The notes under the pieces were generated by a model. It had not been told where the DNA came from. It saw only the letters and a program-made list of their open reading frames with translations, and did no database searches. The translations under genes and the position numbers were made by a program. From Lama glama (Eukaryota): a stretch of DNA of 64,000 nt. Location of the stretch: the NCBI GenBank assembly GCA_028534125.1, contig CM052816.1, positions 63,428,001 through 63,492,000 on the forward strand, in the 5' to 3' direction. Positions 53,005 through 64,000 of the stretch are shown here, one piece after another. Each line of letters starts with the position of its first letter. Position 1 is the stretch's first letter.

Positions 53005-53220
53005 GGTGCTCCAAAGTCATAGGCTTTCCAACTTGCTACACTGCATTTGATACTGCAACTTGTGTAAAAATGGGTCTTGGGCATTAGCTGCTTATAAATT
53101 AACTCATTAGAAGCTTACCAGGTTAAAAAAAAATAAGTCTTTGAGAAATGAGTTCATCTGCCCTTGGTAATACAACTTTGTAGCAGATTGTTTTGTTTAT
53201 GATTTTTTTATTGAGTTACA

Positions 53221-53309
53221 TTTTTTTTTAAAGTGGAGGTACTGAGGATAGAACCCAGGATCTCATGCATTCTGAGCATGCACTCTTACCACTGAGCTAT
53301 ACCCACCCT
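53221..53309 (-). mobile_element. tRNA-derived SINE (Vic-1-like)
   Basis: TGGAGGTACTGAGGATAGAACCCAGG...CACTGAGCTATACCC; TTTAYGATTTT at both flanks. Confidence 0.87.
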
Positions 53310-54513
53310 ATTTACGATTTTCTTTAAATTGAAATAATATAAATGTCTTCCCTAAGAACTGATTACATAAATTATGGTCTGTTCATACTATGGAATATTC
53401 TTCACCTGTTCAAAATGGTGATGTAGATTTATATTCATTAACCTTAAAAGATGTCTACCATATTTAACTAGGTAGGAGCAGGGAGTTAGAAGAGTTTTAT
53501 ACATCCAAAAAGTCTTGGAAAATATCAATATGTTAACGGAAGTGAACTCTGGGTGGTAGGTTTCCCTTTCTAAAATCTTGGTATTATCTAAAATTATTTG
53601 CCATGTTTAAGTATTAAATAATCAAAGAAATTAATAAATAACATTATTTATAGTTTTGAAAAAGTACTGTAAGAATACCATGTACCTATGTATTTCTTAG
53701 GTTGAAACAACCTTTTTTCATATTCTACTGGTAAGAATGAAAACTGATTTAAGTGTTTTAGAATATAACATATTAATGTATATTCAGAGACTAAAATGTT
53801 CATACAGTTTGCCTAACTCCAGTTGTAGAAATCTATACTAGGGAAATATACAAATTATAGAAAATATTTTTCATGCGTGCAGTAAAATGGGCATGGCTCT
53901 ATTTTTTACAATGACGGCATAGGAATGATTTAGTAAACTCTTACACGTTCACAAGATGAAATCTTCCGTAGCAGCTTTCAGTATTGATTATCAAGATTGC
54001 ATAATAACAGGAAAAGTGCTTTTTATGTTACCGTATTTTATGGAAAAAACAGCAAATTGTGTGATCTCAACTATGTAAAAATATGTGTTGCTAAAACAAT
54101 AGGAGAAAAGTGTGTGTCAAAATGTTTACAGAGGTTATGCCAACATATTGCAATTATACGTAAATTTTTCATCTTCTCTTTACTCTCTGTATTTTTCAGA
54201 ATTTTTGCAAGCTAAGTTTTTGGTTTTGTTATGTCGTTTATAATTTAGTTGTCCTATCTTTGGGGCCCAGGAAATGCATAGAAGAGGAAAATAAAATTAG
54301 TTTTACTTAGTACATCTCTGTCATTAATTGTTGCTTTGTACACAGTTTATTCTTAAATTTATGGTAAACAAAGATCTAATTTTTTGAACTCCATACTTTA
54401 GAATTCACTTGAACCATATATTAATTTATTAAAAAGTGAAATTGCTTTACATTGTATTTAGAAGGGCTCAGCAGTCTCTTTTGCTTTCCTGCCATTCCAT
54501 CAGTGATGAGAGT

Positions 54514-54678
54514 AGTCATTCCTCAGTATCCGCGGGAGATTTATTCCAGAATCCCTCCTGGATACCAAAATCCCCGAACACCCAAATCCCTTACAGAAGA
54601 TGGCACAATCTGCACTGGGCCCTTGGCCTACACCGATGCATAATCCGCAGATATCCAGAGCCAAAGGTAACTGACTGT
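54514..54678. mobile_element. MER2-like Tigger MITE
   Basis: AGTCATTCCTCAGTATCCGCGGG...GGATACCAAAATCC...CTGACTG; CpG-containing, with inverted termini. Confidence 0.7.
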
Positions 54679-56429
54679 GATGCCAACGTTCTGTTGTTAA
54701 GTAGAGACCAGCAGAGACCACAAGAAATAGGCTGGTGTCCTGCTGTGGCAAGGGCACAGGCTTCCACCCCTACCTCTGCTACCACCTACTTGAAGGACTC
54801 TGAGCAATACCTTTAATGTCAATGAGACTAAGTTTCTTAGACTAAGGAAAATAGGGTAATCAAGCTTGCCCTAACAACTTCCCAGAGTTTTCCGAAAAAT
54901 CTAATTGTGTGGAAAGTACTTTGAAACCTATAAAATGCAATATGAAAATATAAGTACAAATATAAAAATATAATACAAAGTAGGCTCTGTGATAATTCAC
55001 AAATAGAAATCTCAGTGCAATAATTTTTTGTTGTATTTGGAAAACTTCAAACTGCTTCATTTTGTGACATGATCTATATTACTTTATGGCAATGATGAAA
55101 ACATTCATCTGACAGGTGCTTTTGGAAGGTATCGATTATTAGGTATTAGATTTTCACTGACAATTATTAGATAGTCACTGGCAATGCTTAAACTCAGCAT
55201 GCTGGTATTAAACAGAGATCATAATCTTTTAAAATTAATTTGATTAATTTAAGATAGCATTTTAATGATCAGAAAAAAATGAGAACATTTTTTATGGAAG
55301 AATCTTATTCATAGTATTCAAGGTATATTACTTCTTTCAGCCAAATTTCGTCACATTTTTCTGTTAAGATTAAGACAGCATAGTAGAAATCAAGTCTCTA
55401 GGTACTCTGAATTGTCCTGCTTTGTAAAGGAGCACTTCATTTTAGTATTTAGATTTGAATATCGTCACAACAGTAATAATAATAGCTCATTGTTCTAATG
55501 AAATTAAACAGCTGGATATTAGTTAGATTTCAATTTGATTTTGTTTTATTTCGTCCGGGTGAATTATATTCCTTTTTCACAGGAACATGGTGTTTCAATT
55601 ACTGAATCTATGTTAAAAGTGTAAAATTCAAACAATCTTAGTGTTTTTATGACTTTTGAACACACTGAAAGTCTGTGAGGAATTATACTTTATACAGGAA
55701 AGTACTCTCAATATTTTATTTTTATTCTTTATTATTTCTCTGGCACATTAAAAATGTTACCATTTCAAGAATGCTGTGAATTTTAATAAGCCTCTTCTAC
55801 CAAAACAAATGCTAGTATAATTCTTTTTCAAGTTATGATATGTTTTATTGACAACAAAGCATTACAAGAATGGCAATGAATCAACTGTGCACACCCAAAC
55901 TGAAAAATAATTATTTTTCATAAACAAAGGATATAAATATGAACCAGAGAAGCATAAAATTATTTTTTATAATTATAAAGCCATTCACAGCTGCAAAGAT
56001 AACTCAAATACATTCCAGCATAAGTTTCATGCTCATTTCTTTAATGGAGTTCATATCCCAATATCATCCAATTCCCTAGGACTCATGGATCCATGATATA
56101 TACCCAACATTGTCTCACTTCTAAATGCTGCCTTGGCACTAAGAGAAAAAAAATTTTTGGATGAAATTTGGCCAGAATAGTAAGTGATCCCAATTATTAG
56201 AACAATTTCCATGTGCTGATGAGGGTAGCCCTCCCCATCCTTTTTTACTTCTGAAGAAATTCTTCAACCAATCGTGTTCTTTTTGTGCAGAAAATAGTGA
56301 ACCCCTACCTTCCATGTGCATCAGAACCTCCTAGACAGTCTGTTAAAAAAATGGAGTTGCCGAAGCCAAATCTTTTTCTGACCCAGAATGTTTGGTTTAG
56401 AATTTGGGAATATGAATTTTCATTACACG

Positions 56430-56835
56430 TTCTATTAGTTTGCTGGGGTTGCCATAATAAAATGACTCAGACTGTGGCTTAACTGAGAGAAATGTATTTT
56501 CTCATAGTTCTGGAGGCTTGAAGCCCAAGATCAAGGTGTCAGCAGGGTAGGCTTCTCCTGAGGCCTCTCTTCTTAGGTTGAGGGTGGCTGCCTTCTGGCT
56601 GTGTCCTCATATGGCCTTTCCTCTGTGTATACACTCCCGTGGTGTCTTTTTGTGTCCAAATTTCCTCCTTTCATAAGGACACCAGTCAGACTGGAGTAGG
56701 TCACACCCTGAAGACTTCATCTTAACTTAGTTATCTCTTTTAAGGCACTATCTACAAATACAGTCACATTCTGAGGGACTAGAGGTTGTGGCTTCAACAT
56801 ATGAATTTGGGAGGGAGACAATCCAGCTCATAACA
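56430..56835 (-). mobile_element. MLT1 LTR
   Basis: TATTAGTTTGCTGGGGTTGCCATAA...CTGGAGGCTTGAAGCCCAAGATCAAGGTGTCAGCAGGG...CATAACA. Confidence 0.85.
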
Positions 56836-58879
56836 TGGGCCCTAATGTTTGTGACACAAGTGACTCAAGGTTCATACCTAGACAAACAATTTGGCCTCTA
56901 GGTAAGCTCAAACTCACCTCGGTCATTTAGTCTTACGTGGCTTACTATGTGCCCTCTTCCAGGAGGGTCATGCTATTTTAGTCAAAAGTAAATTATCATT
57001 TGGGTTCCATCCTTGCGCTCCACCATACTACATAAAAAAGCTTCTCCCACCCACCCTGTTGATCTCTTTCTCCTTGGCTTTATTTTTTTCCTCACACTTA
57101 TCACCTTGACATAATATCTGTTTTTCCTCACTAGAACGCAAGCACCACTGTTTCACTCATCACTGTGCCCCCAGTGTGTGGAGCAGTGACCCAGGAAGGC
57201 GAGGTGATCGTGCATTCCTTCTGTGAAGTAACAAGCAAGGCCCCCTGCTGAGGAGCTGGGGAGGTGGCAGTGTAGGAGACCTGAGAATTAAGCAGCTTTG
57301 AAGGTCCCTTAGGGAAACGGGGAGAGGAAGATTTGAGGGAATTCAAGAGCTGGCCAGGCAGGGATCAGAATTCAGCTAAACGTGGAGCCCATGAATGTCT
57401 CCTATCTGCCTTGTTGTGTGACGTCCAGCAGTTCGCACAGCTGGAGGGAAGAGAGAGCAAAATGGTTACCTGAGTTCCTCAGTGACCACCATAGCTCCTT
57501 GGCAAAACATTTGAGGCCCTTTACGGTAACTCCCTACTTACCTTACCTGTTTATTTGTCAGGTATACTAAGTTTCTTTTTCCTTTTCAAACACTCTTATA
57601 TCTTGGCTTTGTGGGTGCTGTTCTCTTTCAATTCCCAAACTTTCGTAGCTAACTTGTTTGTCTTTTCATTCAGCTCAAATATTATATTTTGAAAGTGTCC
57701 CCCAGTTTCCTCAAGTATTAGCCATAGTGCTATGATGATGACTCTTTTAAAGCACAGTCTTTGGAATACAGACCTAGATTAAAGATGTAGCTGTCCCTTA
57801 CTGTGTGATCTTAGCAAAACATTAAACATTTTTGTTCTTCAGTTTCCTCATCTGTAAATGAGCATAAAAATAAGGCCCCATTTTAGAGAACTGTTTGGAA
57901 TGGTGAAATGAGATAATGGACCTTAAATACCTGGCAAATAATTGATCATCAGATGGTACTATTATTATAATTATTTGCATGTCTCCCTCTCTAGACAGAA
58001 GGTTTTTTAAAAGCAGGAATTATGTCATAGTCTTTTTTTTTTTTATTCCTAATATCTGACACAGTGCCTGGCCTGTACATTCTCCAAAATTGTGGTATAA
58101 ATTAGTGATTAGTGGAATGAAAGGTAGTTGAAGACGCAACTAGGGTATATGAATTTTTTCCTGAATTAGAATTACAGCGAAGAATGAGCAAGGCTTGGGA
58201 ATGCACACAACTGTGCAGGGAAGAGTCAGCTTTGGTAATGACCCCCCTCCCCCAGTCCCACCCCCATAAAAAACATGTTTCTTCAAGGAAATAAGGCACA
58301 TACAGGAACTTTAAAAACTGAGAACCATTACAGTGCCAGGCAAAACAAACATGGACCTTATATTCATGATACTTACAATCGGATACACTGTCCTATCGTA
58401 ACACCCAATGCGCACCAATTACATTTACAATTTCCGACTTTTTGTCTAATTCTCTCAATGGAATAAACTTTGAGAAGACCAGTTTCCTATTTAACTTTGA
58501 ATCTCCAGGCCCAGCACCTGTTTAATACACAGCTGGAGCTCAATATGTAAAGGTTTAGGAAATGAATGTCGTGGCACAGAAGGAAGGGAAGCAACTAGCA
58601 GCTCTAGTGGAAACAGACACTTACTTAAAATTACATTCTTGGAGTTCCTTTGCACAACTCAAGCGGCGGAGAACTCACTCCTCCCAAGGAGCAAGCTCCT
58701 AGTCCCAAGATCCTGGGATTCTCACCCCATAGGCTGCTGGGAAACAGGAGCGAGGTAAGCGACAGAAAGAAACCTTTGGATTTCAGCGATTCCAGAACCT
58801 GGCCTGATAAAGCATCCACAGGCCTAATTGCATTACATAACTCAACCCTCCTCCATTACCTCGAGGTACCACACCAAAA

Positions 58880-59590
58880 CCTACTTAACCTTCTCGGTAC
58901 CTGTAGGGGCGACAGGCCCCGCCCCTGATTCTAAACTAGCCAATCCAAAACGCCAGAATCGGTAGCGCGGTGTCTTCTGGGATCTGTAGGCTCCCGAGGT
59001 TATTTTTTCCTCCAGTTTATGACTACAATTCCCGGCGGCCACCGGGCTCCAAGGTCGGCCCTCTTTTTGGGGGCGGACTGCAGAGCGAACCAGGGGGCGG
59101 GTCCTCGCCCCTCCCCAACGTGGCCAGTAGGGGTGCGGGTGATTCCCGCTGGCGATTACCACGTGTTGCGGTGATTCCGGGCTGTCGTCTTTAGACCTCC
59201 CTGACTTCCCCGGCCTGTGGGCCCGCTGCTTGCAGAGATGCCGAAGATCAAGTCAGGGGCGAGCGGCCGCCGGCTCCAGCGTCAACAACAGCGCCGGGAG
59301 CTGAAGAGTGCCGGAGGTGGGGACAGCCGGGAGGGAGCTGGGGTGAGGTCGGGTCCAGACTTCCCGCCGGACCCAGCCTGGGCCGCGGGCCGCGATCTGG
59401 GCCGGGAGCGTGAGACCCGGCGGGCCCGCGCTTCCGGAGCGCTCAAGTCCCGGGCTTGCCCAGGCGCCGGTCGCAGGCCTCGCGCGCCGCCTGTGGCTTC
59501 CTTTTCAGCGAAGGGGTGGACTTACACTATGTCAGTCCCGGCTCCGAGCGTGACGTTTGGTGCCTCTCGTAGGCGTAGAAATCGTCCCCC
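58880..59590 (+). promoter_or_regulatory. DIMT1: CpG-island promoter of DIMT1
   Basis: GC boxes (58915-58925, about 59070 and 59095), CCAAT (58940-58944), ZNF143/THAP11-type ACTACAATTCCC (59022-59033), E-box CACGTG (59160-59165). Confidence 0.9.
59238..59316 (+). CDS. DIMT1: DIMT1 exon 1 coding part (MPKIKSGASGRRLQRQQQRRELKSAG), 79 nt
   Basis: Matches recalled DIMT1 N-terminus. GT donor at 59317. Confidence 0.96.
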
Positions 59591-59620
59591 AACTATCCTT
59601 TCTTCTCTGGGATGGTCTGA

Positions 59621-59758
<138 letters not shown>

Positions 59759-60902
59759 TAGAGAGAATTGTTGGGTTATTGGTTTTATTCTTAGGAATAC
59801 CTAAGCAGAGAAAGGATGGCTGACATCAAATAGATGCTGTATAAATACTTGTTGAATGAATTGAAGAATTGTGTAGGAGTCACAAGCTGTCTTCGGTATG
59901 ATTTGCTTCATTCTGTGGGTCTTGGTTTCTCCTGGCTCCGGATTCTTTTGTCCTTCGGTAGACAGTTACTTCTTAGCTTGACATGTCTGCTTGTTCAATT
60001 CCAGATTATTATTCTTCTATTCCCAGTCACTTTTTATGGGCGCCATTTATCAGAGTTTTTTTATTTACTCTAGAGCCTCCAAATATGTCTAAACAGACAT
60101 CTTAGAAAGTTTGTTTCCTAGAGAAACTTGTGTGGTACAAGCCGGTGCCACATGTAAACTCTGGAGTGTTCTGTGTAGGTTATTGACGTTCTTTTATTGT
60201 TCTGGATGATTAGGGTGCTAGGACATGAAACAGGTGGTGCTCATTACTTTCATGGCTGCTAAGAAAGCATCCTGGGGCTGTAGAAAGAGCATTGCATAGT
60301 TAAGGGATCTCATCTTGACCGAGTGTTATTTGCAAAATGAGGGTTGGGCTAGCTTTTTAACCTTTGGGTTCATGGATTCCTTTGAGCATCTGATGAGAGG
60401 TATGGACTCAGAATACTGCAGCTGTGTGCATGCAAACACCCAGTTTTATGTACAATTTCTGGATACTCCTGCATCCCTGAAACCATACATGGATGTAGAA
60501 TTAAGAAATCCTGGTACATACAACGTACTATGATTCTCAGGCAAGATCACAATCTTTACCTTTCTAGTCTGAACTTGGTGATAACAGTTGGTAACAAGAT
60601 GCTGTTACAATCATTTTGAAGGTAGAAAGCAGAATACCACTCAGAAAGAACTGCTATTCCTGCTTTCCTGACTCCTAAATTTTATGACTGTTAACTATTG
60701 TCCCAGGTTAGGAAAGATATTAGATTTTCAGATGCACCTTTGCCGAGATAATTTTGTTAAGCACATAGATCATGAAGAGATCTCCTAAAAATGAAGTCAG
60801 AGTAAGATCTTCTAACTGAGCATTTTTGAACAGAAATATTCAGATGTAAATGAAATGGTGTGTTCAGATGTGCCTGTAAAGCTGAAGTGTGCTTGCTTGT
60901 AG

Positions 60903-61460
<558 letters not shown>

Positions 61461-61499
61461 TTTTTAAAAACGGATTAAAAGAAAAAGAAAATATGGGAT

Positions 61500-62450
61500 A
61501 TATCAGTCTGGAAAACAGAATCCGTATTAGATATTTCAATAAAGGGAACTTAATATCGGAAATTGGTGACATGGTTGTGAGGAGGCTAAGAGAACAAAAT
61601 GGAAACACTGAGGTCACCCAAAAATAGAAACTACAATGAGCAGTTACCACCTGTAGGCTCAGGGAAACAAAGTAAGGAGGTTGGAGTTATTGGAAGCTAG
61701 AACTTGGGAGGAGGAGACCTGAAGGGCTGGAGCACAGGTCTCTGAGATCAGGGTGTCACCTGGCCTCTGGTGGTACCTTCTTTGTCTCTTGGCTGACCCA
61801 GTCTCTAATTAAATGGAACCTTTGTTGTCTTCTCTGTTGGAAATAGGCAGCACATTTTAAAGAACTTATTTGAATAGAGTTTAATGAAGAGGCTATTTCC
61901 AAAATTGGGAATGTTAAGGGAACCAGTAAGCTTTAGTGAAACACCTAGGGACTAGCAATAGCAGGAAACAGTTACCATCCGAAGGCCTCAAGGGACAAGA
62001 GGAGGGAACTTTGTTACTGGAGCCCAATAAGAGTGGGAGCCACTGAGGGGAGGGTATAGCTTAAGCGGTAGAGTACCTGCTTAGCATGCAGGAAATCCTA
62101 GGTTCAATCCCCAGTACCTCCTCTGAGAATAAATAAACCTAATTACCTCTCCCCTCACCCTGCCAAAATAAAATAAGTAAATAATATAATAAATAAATAA
62201 AATATTTTTACTGTTCTCCAAACACTAAAAAAAAAAAAGAGTGGGAGCCACTGAGCAGGGGGCATTCATAGCAGAACACAGACGCTGCCAGAGCTTCTGC
62301 AAGGCAGGGGCAGGCAGTAGGAAACACGCCCTATAATGCCTTTCAATCCCAGCCAGAAGGCAGAGGGCAATGGAGCTGGACTGCATCACCCTACAGGGTA
62401 CAGAGAAAGCTGGAGAATGGATCCTGGAGCCCAACAGACTAGGCAGCACG
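61500..62450. mobile_element. Two related old LTR-like fragments (ERVL-like), the second interrupted by a SINE
   Basis: Shared motif order CAGTTACCA...GGC(C)TCA(A)GGGA..CAA...GTTAYTGGA at about 61640-61695 and 61970-62022. Confidence 0.45.
62048..62236 (+). mobile_element. tRNA-derived SINE (Vic-1-like) with extended 3' end
   Basis: Perfect 19-bp TSD AAGAGTGGGAGCCACTGAG at 62029-62047 and 62237-62255. Confidence 0.92.
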
Positions 62451-63015
62451 TATGTCTACTCTGAAGACCTCGTCTTCCTGAAAGTCAGTAAAACCTCAGC
62501 TTATATTGAATAAAAATGAAGATTTCAGCCTATCTGGCATCCTTTTTCATTTACTTGGGAAGTTATCTATGCTGTGAATTCTGGATCTTAGAGCTGAGAG
62601 AAGTGATATACTCATTCTGGGAGCGGTTGCTTTGTATGCTTCTAAGAACATTTACTGTGAAGACATTGTATATTCTTCTCATCCTCTGTTGATTTATAAA
62701 CCATGAAGCCGTATGAGCACAATAATTCTGTCCGTTATTTGGGTAGGACTCGCACATAGTCTGGTTGTCTACTTTCCTGGGTGGTATTTCTGTTGTTCCC
62801 TTAACAACATTCCCACATTTCGTAAATAGTCTCTTCATTAAACTCTCTTCAGATAAGTTCTTTAGAATGTGCTGGTAGATACAGTTGAAGGAATATTGAT
62901 TGTAGAATTGGGAAGAGAAGTTTAATGCATTTAAATCATGTAAGAGTTACTGTTGAGATAACTAAAGATTTATACTCCATACACACACCGACTTTTTTTT
63001 TTTTTTTTAATTTAG

Positions 63016-63077
63016 GTAATTGCCTGTGAACTTGACCCACGGCTAGTAGCTGAACTTCACAAAAGAGTTCAGGGCAC
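63016..63077 (+). CDS. DIMT1: DIMT1 exon 4 (VIACELDPRLVAELHKRVQG), 62 nt
   Basis: ELDPRL motif II; TAG acceptor after poly-T, GTGAGT donor. Confidence 0.97.
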
Positions 63078-63138
63078 GTGAGTATACATAATAGAATTAA
63101 AGTGCATTTCAGTCTCATGAAACAATATATTTTTTTAA

Positions 63139-63318
<180 letters not shown>

Positions 63319-63340
63319 TAACCAGTTAATTCTCTTGCAG

Positions 63341-63390
63341 ATCTCATCTCCTTTTGTCTTCAAGCTGCTGCTGCACCGACCTTTTTTCAG
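63341..63390 (+). CDS. DIMT1: DIMT1 exon 6 (ISSPFVFKLLLHRPFF), 50 nt; gene continues past the window end
   Basis: Hand translation continues the frame; CAG acceptor, GTTTGT donor. Confidence 0.96.
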
Positions 63391-63719
63391 GTTTGTGCCA
63401 AAAAGACCAAAGTTACTGTTAAATCTTAGAAAGATTGACAATTTAGGCCATGAAGACAGATAGCCAGTGACTAAAATTAACTCAGTTGAAAAACTACTAG
63501 AGAATTTCTTTCGTAGAAAATGCCAATTTGTGTGGAGGTCTCTCTCTCTCTTTCAATTGTCAGTTGTTTGGGGGAGGTGTGGTGTAAGTCTTGCTTCTGA
63601 GGCCAGGTGGCCTTTCCCTGTATCCTCATCCTCCTGCCGTTAGCCCTGGTCAGACTTGTTATTACCTTGTATGTAGATTCCTACAGTGGCCTCCGAACTG
63701 GTTTCTAGTACAATCTGTA

Positions 63720-63985
63720 CCAATGGTTTTCAAACTGCAGTTCAAAAATTCCTTAGTGGGTATAAAATAAAGTAAGTGAATCGTGACTCATCTTTTTAAA
63801 AAAATGACATGATGTAGAATATATCACAGGGCATTCAGTGCATGTGGTCCAGGTGTTTATAGTTTCATGAAACTTTTGTTTGAGTTACAGAAACACATGG
63901 ACATACAGATATTTGTGGCCTTGGTTTCAGTGTCAGATGTCTTTCCTAGTGAGACTTATGTCCAAAAAGTTGGAGAGTCAAATCC
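63720..63985. mobile_element. hAT-Charlie-like MITE
   Basis: CAATGGTTTTCAAACT start and a degenerate AAGTTGGAGAGTCA end. Confidence 0.5.
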
Positions 63986-64000
63986 CAGCCTTGAAGATCT

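Overview
This is mammalian genomic DNA, most likely camelid, inferred from 11 copies of a Vic-1-like tRNA-derived SINE. It holds two divergent housekeeping genes. IPO11 (importin-11) lies on the minus strand, with a non-coding exon 1 in a CpG island near 50.3-50.5 kb and coding exons 2-10 from 32665 down to 295; the gene continues past the left edge. DIMT1 (18S rRNA dimethyladenosine transferase) lies on the plus strand, with exons 1-6 from 59238 to 63390; it continues past the right edge. All 15 coding exons have canonical GT-AG boundaries and splice into open frames. The rest is AT-rich intron or intergenic DNA full of L1, L2/MIR, solo LTRs, MLT1, hAT/Tigger relics and a U6 retrocopy. I found no new multi-gene system. 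The best second-look items are an in-frame uORF plus stop-free leader in IPO11 exon 1, exon phasing that would make exon-2-containing circRNAs endless ORFs, a U6 retrocopy with an adjacent inverted U6-like tract, a chimeric L1 inside one perfect TSD, a SINE with an extra 3' segment, and a 5' splice site regenerated at the DIMT1 exon 3/4 junction. Repeat family names come from recalled consensus sequences, not from a database search.
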